DNA of 50,754 nucleotides from a virus (Duplodnaviria; Caudoviricetes). Positions 17,842-26,075 of the stretch are shown piece after piece (within the stretch, counting starts at the first letter, position 1; every line of letters starts with the position of its first letter). The position numbers were made by a program, and so were the translations under genes. A model generated the notes under the pieces. It was not told the origin of the DNA, ran no database searches, and saw only the letters and a list, made by a program, of their open reading frames with translations. The DNA lies in the IMG/VR virus record IMGVR_UViG_3300022309_000008, positions 1 to 50,754 of that record; one strand, written 5' to 3'.

Positions 17842-18872
17842 TGTTCCCCCAATTGCTCTGACCGCGATTTGGCCAGAATTGCTAGGTAGTCGATGGCGTC
17901 GTCAATCAGCCCTTGGTCGAATCCAGACGGCACCTCTGACGTTCGCCGCGCTAACACCATGCCGACCTCGGCAACGGTTCCACAATGCTCGAATTCCTCC
18001 TCGGCGCCGAGGATGAACCGCTCGCCGTTGAATTTCCGTTCTATCGGGCTCAACTCCCCATCCACTAATGGTATGGCGCTCGATTCCTCGGGGAACTCAA
18101 ATTGCTCCAGGGCTGGTTGTTCAATGCCGGCTTCCACGCAATTGTCCATACATGTGGCGCCGCCTAGCTCCCGAGTAAGTTGCCACAACTTGGCAGCCCG
18201 TCGCACTGGCGTCTTGAGGCTCATCGGGATCGGGTCCGAATCCCAGACATTTTTTTGACGCGACTTCAACCGCTGCAACTCGTCGCGCTGCACAATGACG
18301 ATGTTGGTGTATCCGGCTTTCGTCCGATACATGCAATAGCTTGCCAACACGTTGGGCCATACTTCCTTCCTCCCTAATGCCAGCTCGTGTTCGATTTGGG
18401 TTCCACCGATGGAATTCCAACGTCTGAATTTGTCTTCCTTCAGCACTAGCTCGGTTGTTAAGCCGGCCAGCCAGTCGCTCTTAAAGGCCAGCTCGATGTA
18501 CCCCTTGTACCCTACAATCAGTTGCACAATTCGGCGCTGTTGCGGTTTGCCCTTGTTGATCAGGAATGGGACTAAATACCCGTGCCCCATCGTCGGACCC
18601 AGCATCAGCCCCAATGTCGCCGCGTTGAAAATGGCGATCTTGATGCTATTCACGTCGACATCCTGGTGCGCGGTTTGCAGCTTGAGAGCCTCCACGGCTG
18701 CCAGACTGCAAAACCTAGCCGCGTTTTCCATGAACCAGGGAGGCATATACTCGGCCGTCAGGTCCAGTTGGCGGAAAACCCGGTCCCTCATCACAGGATC
18801 CCGACAGGCCGGAAGGTTAACCCGCCGGTCAAACACTGTCACCGTAATGCTATTGCTCGCGTCTCTTGGCAT
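17838..18872 (-). CDS. recT: RecT-family single-strand annealing recombinase
   Basis: SIKIAIFNAATLGL...GHGYLVPF...VQLIVGYKGYIELA...W....MSLKTPVRRAAK. Confidence 0.9.
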   Translation of the reverse strand: MPRDASNSITVTVFDRRVNLPACRDPVMRDRVFRQLDLTAEYMPPWFMENAARFCSLAAVEALKLQTAHQDVDVNSIKIAIFNAATLGLMLGPTMGHGYLVPFLINKGKPQQRRIVQLIVGYKGYIELAFKSDWLAGLTTELVLKEDKFRRWNSIGGTQIEHELALGRKEVWPNVLASYCMYRTKAGYTNIVIVQRDELQRLKSRQKNVWDSDPIPMSLKTPVRRAAKLWQLTRELGGATCMDNCVEAGIEQPALEQFEFPEESSAIPLVDGELSPIERKFNGERFILGAEEEFEHCGTVAEVGMVLARRTSEVPSGFDQGLIDDAIDYLAILAKSRSEQLGEQ

Positions 18873-18882
18873 CGCAGTACCC

Positions 18883-19365
18883 TCAATTCAAATGGCATTG
18901 TTGGCTTTTTTCGCGCTCTACCCGCTCCTTCTCATCCAGCATCGGCAGCGACTCCCATAACGCCTGGGCTGCCTGTGATGCCGTCGCCGCAAATGTTGCT
19001 GCTGACCGCAACTCCTCCTTTGATCGTGCCCCGCGCTTGCGCTCTCTGTCGTGTATACGACGCACAGCCTCCAACGCCTTCTGTGCGTCATGCAGCACTC
19101 CATACACTGCCCAGCCAGTGTAGAACGCATGCGCTGCATCGCTCTTGGTAATCGGCGGCGCAAACTGCTCCACCTCCCGCCACAGCTTGCCGAATATCGG
19201 GCCAGCAACGGCCAGAAACGCCGCCATTTCTTCCGTCGTCGCATCTTCACCTATCGACAGACGATAGCAGACGTCTTTATTCAGGCACGTCCGTATTTTT
19301 GTTGCCACATCCCCCGGGCCTGTTCCGCTAACACAAATATCAATTGCATGGATCTCCATTGTCAT
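18883..19365 (-). CDS. Hypothetical protein
   Basis: 160 aa with an AAGGAG RBS. Confidence 0.7.
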   Translation of the reverse strand: MTMEIHAIDICVSGTGPGDVATKIRTCLNKDVCYRLSIGEDATTEEMAAFLAVAGPIFGKLWREVEQFAPPITKSDAAHAFYTGWAVYGVLHDAQKALEAVRRIHDRERKRGARSKEELRSAATFAATASQAAQALWESLPMLDEKERVEREKSQQCHLN

Positions 19366-19371
19366 TTCTCC

Positions 19372-19656
19372 TTACACGGTTTCATCCGGGGTAACGGCTT
19401 GCATCGCAGCCGCTGGGCTCGATTGGCTCATCGCGTCGAGCATCACGTCCAGTAACGCCGCCCATGTCTTGCTGTCCGTCTTGTCGTCCGACAGTTCTGA
19501 CAGCTCCATTATTTTGGCCAGAACTTCCGGCCGCGGCTCCAATTCGGAATCCCAAAGATTATCCCACCCGACATCACGCAACAGGTGCCGCATGATGTAT
19601 TCACAGGTAATCCATTGGGGCAAATCAGCATTTACGCTTTGTGCTGTGTGAAGCAT
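19372..19656 (-). CDS. Hypothetical protein (start probably at 19656, MLHTAQ)
   Basis: The upstream ORF extension covers a terminator. AAAGGGT precedes the ATG. Confidence 0.65.
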   Translation of the reverse strand: MLHTAQSVNADLPQWITCEYIMRHLLRDVGWDNLWDSELEPRPEVLAKIMELSELSDDKTDSKTWAALLDVMLDAMSQSSPAAAMQAVTPDETV

Positions 19657-19662
19657 ACCAAA

Positions 19663-19714
19663 AACCCTTTGTGAGAGAGGAAACAGAAAAACAGGGCGGG
19701 TCATTGCCCGCCCC
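19663..19714 (-). terminator. Terminator hairpin plus conserved post-terminator leader
   Basis: GGGCGGG-CAATGA-CCCGCCC-TGTTTTT, then TCTCTCACAAAGGGTT. A near-copy lies at 22388-22454. Confidence 0.75.
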
Positions 19715-19724
19715 ACTTTGGCAA

Positions 19725-19916
19725 CTATCGCTGCTTTGCGCGCTCCCGGGCCTCCCGGGCCTCCCGGGCCTCCCGGGCCTCATGCTCCCGATTCGTCGAC
19801 AAATGACCGCACCGGTTGCATTCCCATACGGCCCGCATCGGAACTCCGTAGGCGCAGGCTCGTGTTAGCTCCCGAGTCGCATTGCACTTTGGGCAGAACG
19901 CCGTTTTTTCCCACAT
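19725..19916 (-). CDS. Small zinc-ribbon protein with (EAR)n Arg-rich tail; first gene after P1
   Basis: CPKC...CNRC and HEAREAREAREARERAKQR. Four CTCCCGGGC repeats at 19743-19778; AAGGGG RBS. Confidence 0.65.
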   Translation of the reverse strand: MWEKTAFCPKCNATRELTRACAYGVPMRAVWECNRCGHLSTNREHEAREAREAREARERAKQR

Positions 19917-19952
19917 TGTTTTCCCCTTTTTTTGGTGACCAGAAAGATTCTC

Positions 19953-19975
19953 GGCTTAGCCGGCCGGGCCAAACC
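19953..19975 (-). promoter_or_regulatory. YGGCC-loop leader hairpin H1
   Basis: GGTTTGGCC-CGGCC-GGCTAAGCC, a 9-bp stem with two G-U pairs. Confidence 0.7.
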
Positions 19976-19983
19976 ACTCCAAA

Positions 19984-20011
19984 ATTATACACTCCTGATT
20001 CAGTAACGCAA
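19984..20011 (-). promoter_or_regulatory. Sigma70-like early promoter P1
   Basis: TTGCGT-N16-TATAAT with an upstream A/T tract. Confidence 0.75.
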
Positions 20012-20047
20012 GTCCGCTTTTGTTATTTTGTGAAAAAAAACCCGCCT

Positions 20048-20962
20048 TTACCCGATGCCCCAGCGGCGCAATTCCCACTCCGCTGGATCGACTTCATTCA
20101 CGCCTACTGCGTAGCCGGGCCAGCATTGGTGTTCGCAGCATTCCCGCCACCGCATGACTGTTGAGGTGTATTTCGCCCGCCCCAACCGCAACATAGCTGC
20201 TGTCGCCCGCACGACATGCACGTCGTATGGCTCCTCAGTCTCGCCAAATATCCAGATGTAAGCCGGCGCCCAACCCGTAATACAGCGGTACAAGTCCACG
20301 TACCACGCGGCCTGCACGTCGTAGCCGAACTTCCGTATGGAACGCCTGACTCCTTCCTCGGTACCGTCTGCCGTCGTCTTGACGTCGCAGATGTACTGCG
20401 GATCCGATGCCAACAGCCTATCGATGCGGGCCTTGCCGCGTAATTCCGGGCAGCCCATCCATTCCAGACTGCATAGCAGCGACGCCTCTGACCAGCTCCG
20501 CGATCGCCATATCCGTATTACGTCATTGCGTGACAATGACCGGGCCATTGCCCGGATCCGATAGAATTGCTCCTCCGTTACAGCGTCTGTCACTTGCTTG
20601 GCATCCGCGCCGGCATGCACTCCGCATACCCATCCATCCGTGCTCAGCCATTCCGCTGTATTGCCGCACGGCTCGCCCTTACGCTTTCCAGTCTTGAGGA
20701 TAGCGGAACACGCCTCTGCGACTTGATAGCGGCTGTCGAACGCCTGGGGGCCTTCAAGCAGGTAACAGTGCAACGCCGACCCAAACCGATTGGCTGGCGT
20801 ACTCGTTGACGGCATCCGCCCCTCTTTAGCGGCCTGCATGTGCAGCATAGAACGCTGCAACCCGATGTTTATGAGCGATTGGCTTAATGCCGGCCAGCCA
20901 CAATATTCCGCCCACGAAACGTCATGATACAGCCCGTCGGACCTTTCTGTTTTGCTTGTCAT
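20048..20962 (-). CDS. RecE/exonuclease VIII-like PD-(D/E)XK nuclease (DUF3799 type)
   Basis: ALSQS, FGSALHCYLLE, EAS..GKARIDRL..ICDVKTT..YDVQAAWY. Carries a small inserted Cys/His knuckle (C..ILKTGKRKGEPC...C..H). Confidence 0.85.
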   Translation of the reverse strand: MTSKTERSDGLYHDVSWAEYCGWPALSQSLINIGLQRSMLHMQAAKEGRMPSTSTPANRFGSALHCYLLEGPQAFDSRYQVAEACSAILKTGKRKGEPCGNTAEWLSTDGWVCGVHAGADAKQVTDAVTEEQFYRIRAMARSLSRNDVIRIWRSRSWSEASLLCSLEWMGCPELRGKARIDRLLASDPQYICDVKTTADGTEEGVRRSIRKFGYDVQAAWYVDLYRCITGWAPAYIWIFGETEEPYDVHVVRATAAMLRLGRAKYTSTVMRWRECCEHQCWPGYAVGVNEVDPAEWELRRWGIG

Positions 20963-21173
20963 CGAATTCGCTCCTTAATAGCAGTTGTCTCGGATGGGTT
21001 GCTTGGACTTGCCCACGGCCGCGCTCGCCATATGCCACAAATACCCACCAATCATTCACGGACGACACAATGCCCGGCTCGCAGTCAGTGTGCGTTACGT
21101 CACCGTGTGCATGATCAGGCACGTACAACACTCGATCCCCAGCTGTGAATAATCCTGTCCTCGCCATCGACAT
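20922..21173 (-). CDS. Small hypothetical protein (SH3-like GDRVLYVP)
   Basis: Start probably at 21173, after a CGGGGA RBS. Confidence 0.6.
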   Translation of the reverse strand: MSMARTGLFTAGDRVLYVPDHAHGDVTHTDCEPGIVSSVNDWWVFVAYGERGRGQVQATHPRQLLLRSEFDDKQNRKVRRAVS

Positions 21174-21213
21174 ATCCCCGCGACATGTTCTTGTTTTCCG
21201 TAAACGCAACCAT

Positions 21214-21262
21214 AAAAGATGCCAGCGGGCGCAGCCCTCCCCAGTCTGCTCTCCCGCTGGCA
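21214..21262 (-). terminator. Terminator-like hairpin with a structured large loop
   Basis: TGCCAGCGGG...CCCGCTGGCA, a perfect 10-bp stem with inner GCAG/CTGC pairing, followed by TCTTTT. Confidence 0.65.
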
Positions 21263-21343
21263 CCCCTCTCACGCGAAATGGCCAGGGGTTGGCTCGTCCA
21301 TTCCTTGCCGCGGCCAGTCCGTCGGCCGCCCCCCCGCCAAATA

Positions 21344-22381
21344 TCACTCAGCCAGTGCCAACGCAAACACTCGGCGGGTCCGGTCCGAATTTAACCCGAA
21401 CAGATTGCTTTCCTGACGCTTGGCGACTCGATCGGAATCATCCTTGCCACGCGCCTTCATATCGTGTTGGACGAGCCCAGTAAACGCATTGTAGGCCGTC
21501 CACATTGTCCGCCCGCTCAGAGGTGCTTCGTCGTCCCAGCGTCGCGTGAACGACTCCAGCGCGCTCATCGCCTTTTTTTGCGCCCGCTCCTCGGTCTCGT
21601 TTTTGGGGTTTTCGTGCACTGTCCCCAACGTTTCCACATACGCGCGGGTGAAGAACGCCAGCATAGCCGCTTGGTTGATATCCCGAGCTGCCAGATGATC
21701 GACCTGCGCTTGCGTTGCTTTTCCGGCTTGCAGATACATCTCGATGGCCTCCCGGGCTTCCTCCACTCTGTTTTTCAAGCCAGCGGTATGCCGCCACCGA
21801 TAGCACGCATTTCTCAACTCGCCATTCTCGTCGCCGCCAGTCGCGGCATAGTGGGTGTTGGCACATACCACGCGGATGTCAGTCGGCGTAATGCTTACGC
21901 TTTGGCTTCCATCGTGCCCATTGCTGACTAGCAGATAGCGGTTGATTTCATCGGCCCTGTAACGGGCCGGCCAGTACGTGTCACCACGCAATAAAAACCA
22001 GACGCGCCGCCCTTCTCGAATTGACCCAACCGTTTCGCAGCGGATGCCGCCAGCCCGCCCGAGGGCCTCGCAGAAGTCAGCCACCTCCCAGTTTTGGATC
22101 GCTTGGTAGTTTGCACCTACCACGCCCAGTAACTGCTCCTCAGGATCCCTGTCGTCCCGCACATTGGCCACATGCGTCGGAACCAGAACGTACCGCGGAT
22201 TCCCATCAGGATACCAGCCGGCCTGCCGGTACAGTGGTTGCGATTCCACTCCCCATTCGATTCCCGCGATCTTCATTCCCTCCCGCGGGGTGAATCCATC
22301 TGGAACAACCGTTCCCAACCCGTGCCATGCTGCTTTACTCGCCAGTGCCAGACCGTCGTAATTCGTCATTTCGTGTGCCAT
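21344..22381 (-). CDS. DUF932 (phage/plasmid TIGR03299-like) protein
   Basis: MAHE..AWHGLGT..LGVVG.NY..IQN..ETVGSIREGRRVW..YLLVSNGHDGS..TDIRVVCANT..RHT..TMWTAYNAFT. Confidence 0.9.
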   Translation of the reverse strand: MAHEMTNYDGLALASKAAWHGLGTVVPDGFTPREGMKIAGIEWGVESQPLYRQAGWYPDGNPRYVLVPTHVANVRDDRDPEEQLLGVVGANYQAIQNWEVADFCEALGRAGGIRCETVGSIREGRRVWFLLRGDTYWPARYRADEINRYLLVSNGHDGSQSVSITPTDIRVVCANTHYAATGGDENGELRNACYRWRHTAGLKNRVEEAREAIEMYLQAGKATQAQVDHLAARDINQAAMLAFFTRAYVETLGTVHENPKNETEERAQKKAMSALESFTRRWDDEAPLSGRTMWTAYNAFTGLVQHDMKARGKDDSDRVAKRQESNLFGLNSDRTRRVFALALAE

Positions 22382-22387
22382 CGCCAT

Positions 22388-22454
22388 AACCCTTTTTGTG
22401 AGAGAAAGAAACACCAAAAAACACCCGGGGGCGAAGTACACGCGCGCCCCCGGG
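22388..22454 (-). terminator. Terminator hairpin plus conserved post-terminator leader
   Basis: CCCGGGGGCG...CGCCCCCGGG 10-bp stem, then TGTTTTTT and TCTCTCACAAAAAGGGTT. Confidence 0.8.
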
Positions 22455-22462
22455 CTGGCGGC

Positions 22463-22834
22463 TTATGCCGCCCACAGTCGTCGCAGTTGTTCGTCGATCT
22501 CGTCGCACGTCCGCCAATCCTCTATGTCGCTCGCCATATCACGCAGCGCGAACAGGTCCAAGATTTGATCAGCTCGGTCAGATACGGCAGCGAAAATCTT
22601 ATTGACTTCATCGCTCGAAAAGTCCAGCGTTGTTGTGTAATCGTCGCCCAGTTGCCGGCGGATGCGCCGATATTCCTCAGAAGCTCGGCCATCCTCAGAA
22701 GCACGATGCTCAAGATTCGTGATGCCTCGATCCCGAATCACGTGCAGCGTGCCATCGACGCCGTCCAGATCCCACTTCATTCCGTTGATGAGTTCATAAG
22801 CTACGTCAAGCAGCGTCCATTGGGTGGTTGCCAT
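22463..22834 (-). CDS. Acidic hypothetical protein, first gene after P2
   Basis: 123 aa, with AAAGGGTCA upstream of the ATG. Confidence 0.75.
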   Translation of the reverse strand: MATTQWTLLDVAYELINGMKWDLDGVDGTLHVIRDRGITNLEHRASEDGRASEEYRRIRRQLGDDYTTTLDFSSDEVNKIFAAVSDRADQILDLFALRDMASDIEDWRTCDEIDEQLRRLWAA

Positions 22835-22866
22835 TTTCGTGACCCTTTCAGTTTGTGTTAGAAGTC

Positions 22867-22887
22867 GGTTCGGCGGCCAGCCTCACC
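22867..22887 (-). promoter_or_regulatory. YGGCC-loop leader hairpin H2
   Basis: GGT-GA-GGC-TGGCC-GCC-GA-ACC, with a tandem GA internal loop. Confidence 0.6.
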
Positions 22888-22915
22888 AGTGACTTGTTTG
22901 TCCGTCACTTCCCCA

Positions 22916-22943
22916 ATTATAACGTCTGACTTCGCCGACACAA
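22916..22943 (-). promoter_or_regulatory. Sigma70-like early promoter P2
   Basis: TTGTGT-N16-TATAAT. Confidence 0.75.
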
Positions 22944-23138
22944 GTCCACTTTTGCCAAATTCCCGAAAATATTCCGGATTATTTCGCCGCCTTGTTTTTT
23001 GATTTCACGTTCCGGCTGCCCTTTTTTAACAAACCGTGCTTTCTCGCGACGATTTGCAGACGTCGTGCGAACTGCAAACCAATCGTGCGCCGTATTTCCT
23101 CAACCACGCATGGGCCGTCCACCGTTCCGCGGCATTCG

Positions 23139-23738
23139 TCACACATCGCCATTTGCTCGATCCTTTTCGATGAAATACCACCAGCCGTATTCCTGCGACA
23201 ATGGTCGCGACTCATACCATTGTTCTAACCAGCGAATGAGAACCCAGTCGATACCGCCGCCCCATTCTCCGGTGGGATGAAACGAGACTGCTAAGTGTGG
23301 TGCCATTGGTTGGGCGACTGACACCAAAATGGCGTACTCCGCCCATTCGGCATTTATTTTGACGATCGCCGGCCGCAATTCGTTGATCAGATCGCTTATG
23401 GCCAGCATCGGGTACCGTACGGTATTCGTCTGCTCTGGCGACACAATCAACCCGCTGGCATCCGGATTGATTGCGCTGACTTCAAGGTCCGCCGACCCGC
23501 TCCATGGGCCGACAACCGCGCGCCGCAGCTCAACGCCGCATATCGCCGTTGCCAATGGGTCGACTCCAACGACTCGTTTCAGCCCAATGAATGGACGCGA
23601 CCAATTCCAACCGGCGCATCCGATGTCCAATACGGGTCCAGGAATGTCGAGAACCTTACGATTCCATGACAACCATTGTTCCGCGCCGTCAAACCAATCA
23701 TTTATCACGCTGCGACCCCCTATACAGCTCCGCTGCAT
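23139..23738 (-). CDS. FkbM-like SAM-dependent methyltransferase
   Basis: VLDIGCAG, VVGVDP, and PAIVKINAEWAEYAIL (equivalent to KIDxEGxE). Confidence 0.75.
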   Translation of the reverse strand: MQRSCIGGRSVINDWFDGAEQWLSWNRKVLDIPGPVLDIGCAGWNWSRPFIGLKRVVGVDPLATAICGVELRRAVVGPWSGSADLEVSAINPDASGLIVSPEQTNTVRYPMLAISDLINELRPAIVKINAEWAEYAILVSVAQPMAPHLAVSFHPTGEWGGGIDWVLIRWLEQWYESRPLSQEYGWWYFIEKDRANGDV

Positions 23739-24637
23739 ATCGATCCGACGTCACTCATGGCATTTTTGCACAATTCCGCCGCACGTTGCGCCAATGGCCA
23801 CACTACGTCATACCGCTGCCTCAAACATCGCGCGCGGTCATCCAACTCCTTTCGCCTACGATGTGCCGTTTGTATCCCGAGGTCGATCGCCTCTTGCAAC
23901 CGTTTCCAATCATGCCCGGCCTCAATGATCGTCGCGTATTCGTACAAGTCATGGGAACATACAGCCCGCGGCTTTATCAATACGCATCCGCTGATCATGG
24001 CTGCAAAATCACGCCACGAAATGTCAGTCACCCCCTCTGGGCAAATTGCCGTGTCAGACTTTGACAATACCGACAACTCATTGGCCATATTCCATGCCCG
24101 GCACCACGGCGCGCCGTTGGCCGCAATGATAATTCCTTGCAACGACTCGATCCGCGCCATCTCGTCTAGCAATTTTCGCCTGTGTTGTTTTGGCAGGGTA
24201 AGGTCGCCGTAGTCGCACGTCATCATGCACGCCGCCCGTACCGTGCGCTCATCGCTGCGTGGTTCGAACCGCCGGTTGTGACAACGGCCGAATGTATCAA
24301 ATGCGCCGGACTGGTAGACTTCCCACGGGAGCGCACACAACGTGAAGACGTTCGAATGGATTCCACGCACCGATGGCAACCAGGTCGCTTTCGGAATCCA
24401 CCCCTGCGGCTTTGCTGGCGAATATGTGTCTAAACACCGGAATAAGATCTTGCGAAAGTCGCCCTCCTCATGTTCCGGGATGCCGTTCGGATCCTCACAA
24501 ACGACGACGATGTCCGGTCGCTCAATGGCATCACCCCAAATAACGCCGCAGGCTTCCATCGCCGCCGCAAACACATTGGTTCCCATCGGGGCAAACCACC
24601 GCTGGCCAGGATCTCGAACAACGTACTTCACTCGCAT
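23720..24637 (-). CDS. Glycosyltransferase-like protein (GT-B C-terminal; YkvP/GT47-like)
   Basis: LSKSDTAICPEG...SWRDFAAMISGCVLIKP resembles the SK..I.P.G...R.FEA...GC motif. Confidence 0.65.
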   Translation of the reverse strand: MRVKYVVRDPGQRWFAPMGTNVFAAAMEACGVIWGDAIERPDIVVVCEDPNGIPEHEEGDFRKILFRCLDTYSPAKPQGWIPKATWLPSVRGIHSNVFTLCALPWEVYQSGAFDTFGRCHNRRFEPRSDERTVRAACMMTCDYGDLTLPKQHRRKLLDEMARIESLQGIIIAANGAPWCRAWNMANELSVLSKSDTAICPEGVTDISWRDFAAMISGCVLIKPRAVCSHDLYEYATIIEAGHDWKRLQEAIDLGIQTAHRRRKELDDRARCLRQRYDVVWPLAQRAAELCKNAMSDVGSICSGAV

Positions 24638-24708
24638 ATTTGTGCTCCTTTTTATTTAACACCATCGTTCGCCGCGCGAATTGTGGGAATTGTTTGTGGG
24701 AGCGCTTT

Positions 24709-24933
24709 TCAGGCTTCGTGTCGGTTGCTACACAGCGCTCCCGATATTCCCAGAATCTCAACGCTTGCCATTTTACGGACATACAACACGATCTTGACTT
24801 CGACTTGATGCCAACAATCGTCACAAGCGTCCCATTTGTCGTTTCCAATCTGCCGTTCTTTAACGACTTGGCCAGCTTTCGCTCGTTCCATGTCCTTGCA
24901 AAAATCGCAAATCCGCATAACAACACATTCCAC
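24709..24933 (-). CDS. Small zinc-finger protein
   Basis: CDFC...DACDDC. Confidence 0.5.
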   Translation of the reverse strand: MECVVMRICDFCKDMERAKAGQVVKERQIGNDKWDACDDCWHQVEVKIVLYVRKMASVEILGISGALCSNRHEA

Positions 24934-25046
24934 CGGAGCGGCGGGCGGCGTCGCTCCTCAAGGTTAAGTCCATTCACCGCCGCCCGGTGAATGTGAGCGT
25001 TATCCGCCATCCCCGTTGCCGAGCATCGCGGAGCGCTTTTCAGGTA

Positions 25047-25274
25047 TCATTCCTTCCTCTGTCGCGCCAACTCCACGTTGTTCTCGAAAATCCTAATCTT
25101 TCCCGTTTTGGTGACATACACTTGAATTTGCTGCCTGGGCGTTTCGATACCCAGTACGACCCAACCTTTTTGGTCGTCTGAACAAACCCGTGTCACCTTC
25201 GCCGCACCGTATTGAAACCCGTATTGCAGCTCCGCATACGGAATAGCGGTCGACGCTTTCTTTTTATGCGTCAT
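25047..25274 (-). CDS. Small hypothetical protein
   Basis: MTHKKK..YGFQYGAAKVTRVCSD..VYVTKTGKIRIF, starting at the ATG just after the upstream stop. Confidence 0.6.
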   Translation of the reverse strand: MTHKKKASTAIPYAELQYGFQYGAAKVTRVCSDDQKGWVVLGIETPRQQIQVYVTKTGKIRIFENNVELARQRKE

Positions 25275-25276
25275 GC

Positions 25277-25882
25277 TTAAAATGCCCCCTCCCGTTCCGC
25301 CCGTGCTTCCAGCAATTCTGCAACTCGCTCGCCGAGGTAGACAACTCGCGCCCGGCTGTCGTCTTGATGCACTGAGACATGCCACCAATGGTCGTGCAAT
25401 ACCGGCAGCCGCGAATCCCTATGGGTCCATTTCCGCTCCGGCCCGGCGGCCTCACAAGTGCACTGCACGGCGCATTGTGCTTTCGGGTCATCCCACGGCA
25501 CTTCATCCGGATTCCACCCCCGGCTTATCTTGGAAATCAGCTCGGGATGCCAAATCAGACAGATCCCCGAATCCTGGCACAACAGGCACCGATATGACTT
25601 GGCTTCCGGGTTGTATACATACGATGCCCGCTTTGGCTTTGCGATACGTTTCTGCTCCTCCTCGGTCCACGCGCGGCAAATGGCGGGGATTTGCGACGCA
25701 AATGTAATTACGGAATCCCCAGCAATCACCGCCCGTATCCAACGCACACAATCATCAAACTTAAGATCGGCAAAAACGACGTCGTACCACAACGTTAACC
25801 GGTCCTCTGGCGCCTTGGCCATTAACTCCGGGAATGCCGACTCGGCCGCCGCTATCCAACGCTTGAACTCTCGCATTTCCAT
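25277..25882 (-). CDS. Putative helicase loader / replication accessory protein with zinc finger
   Basis: Downstream of the initiator. W...F.DL...C loader-like N-terminus and RCLLCQDSG...CTC. Confidence 0.55.
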   Translation of the reverse strand: MEMREFKRWIAAAESAFPELMAKAPEDRLTLWYDVVFADLKFDDCVRWIRAVIAGDSVITFASQIPAICRAWTEEEQKRIAKPKRASYVYNPEAKSYRCLLCQDSGICLIWHPELISKISRGWNPDEVPWDDPKAQCAVQCTCEAAGPERKWTHRDSRLPVLHDHWWHVSVHQDDSRARVVYLGERVAELLEARAEREGAF

Positions 25883-26075
25883 TTTCGTACCCCTTTGGTA
25901 AACTTGCTATTGCTTGGCTCGCGTGTGGCGCCGGGCGTCCCGTGCTCCTTATCCGCCCGGCGCCACTTCTTTCCGACCATACCATCTAAAATCGCACAGA
26001 TTGCCCCGTAACGCGTTTCTGTCACTTTTCGACCCAAACCACCAATTGCATACGTTGCGCTTGCTGGTGACGACG

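Noticed and set aside
19718-20164. Collagen-like GPP repeat protein on the plus strand
   Set aside because: Only four triplets, produced by the reverse complement of the (EAR)n repeat. The ORF runs antisense across a promoter.
21309-21330. Fifth YGGCC hairpin
   Set aside because: TGGCC is present but falls in the stem of the best local fold, not in a C-G-closed pentaloop.
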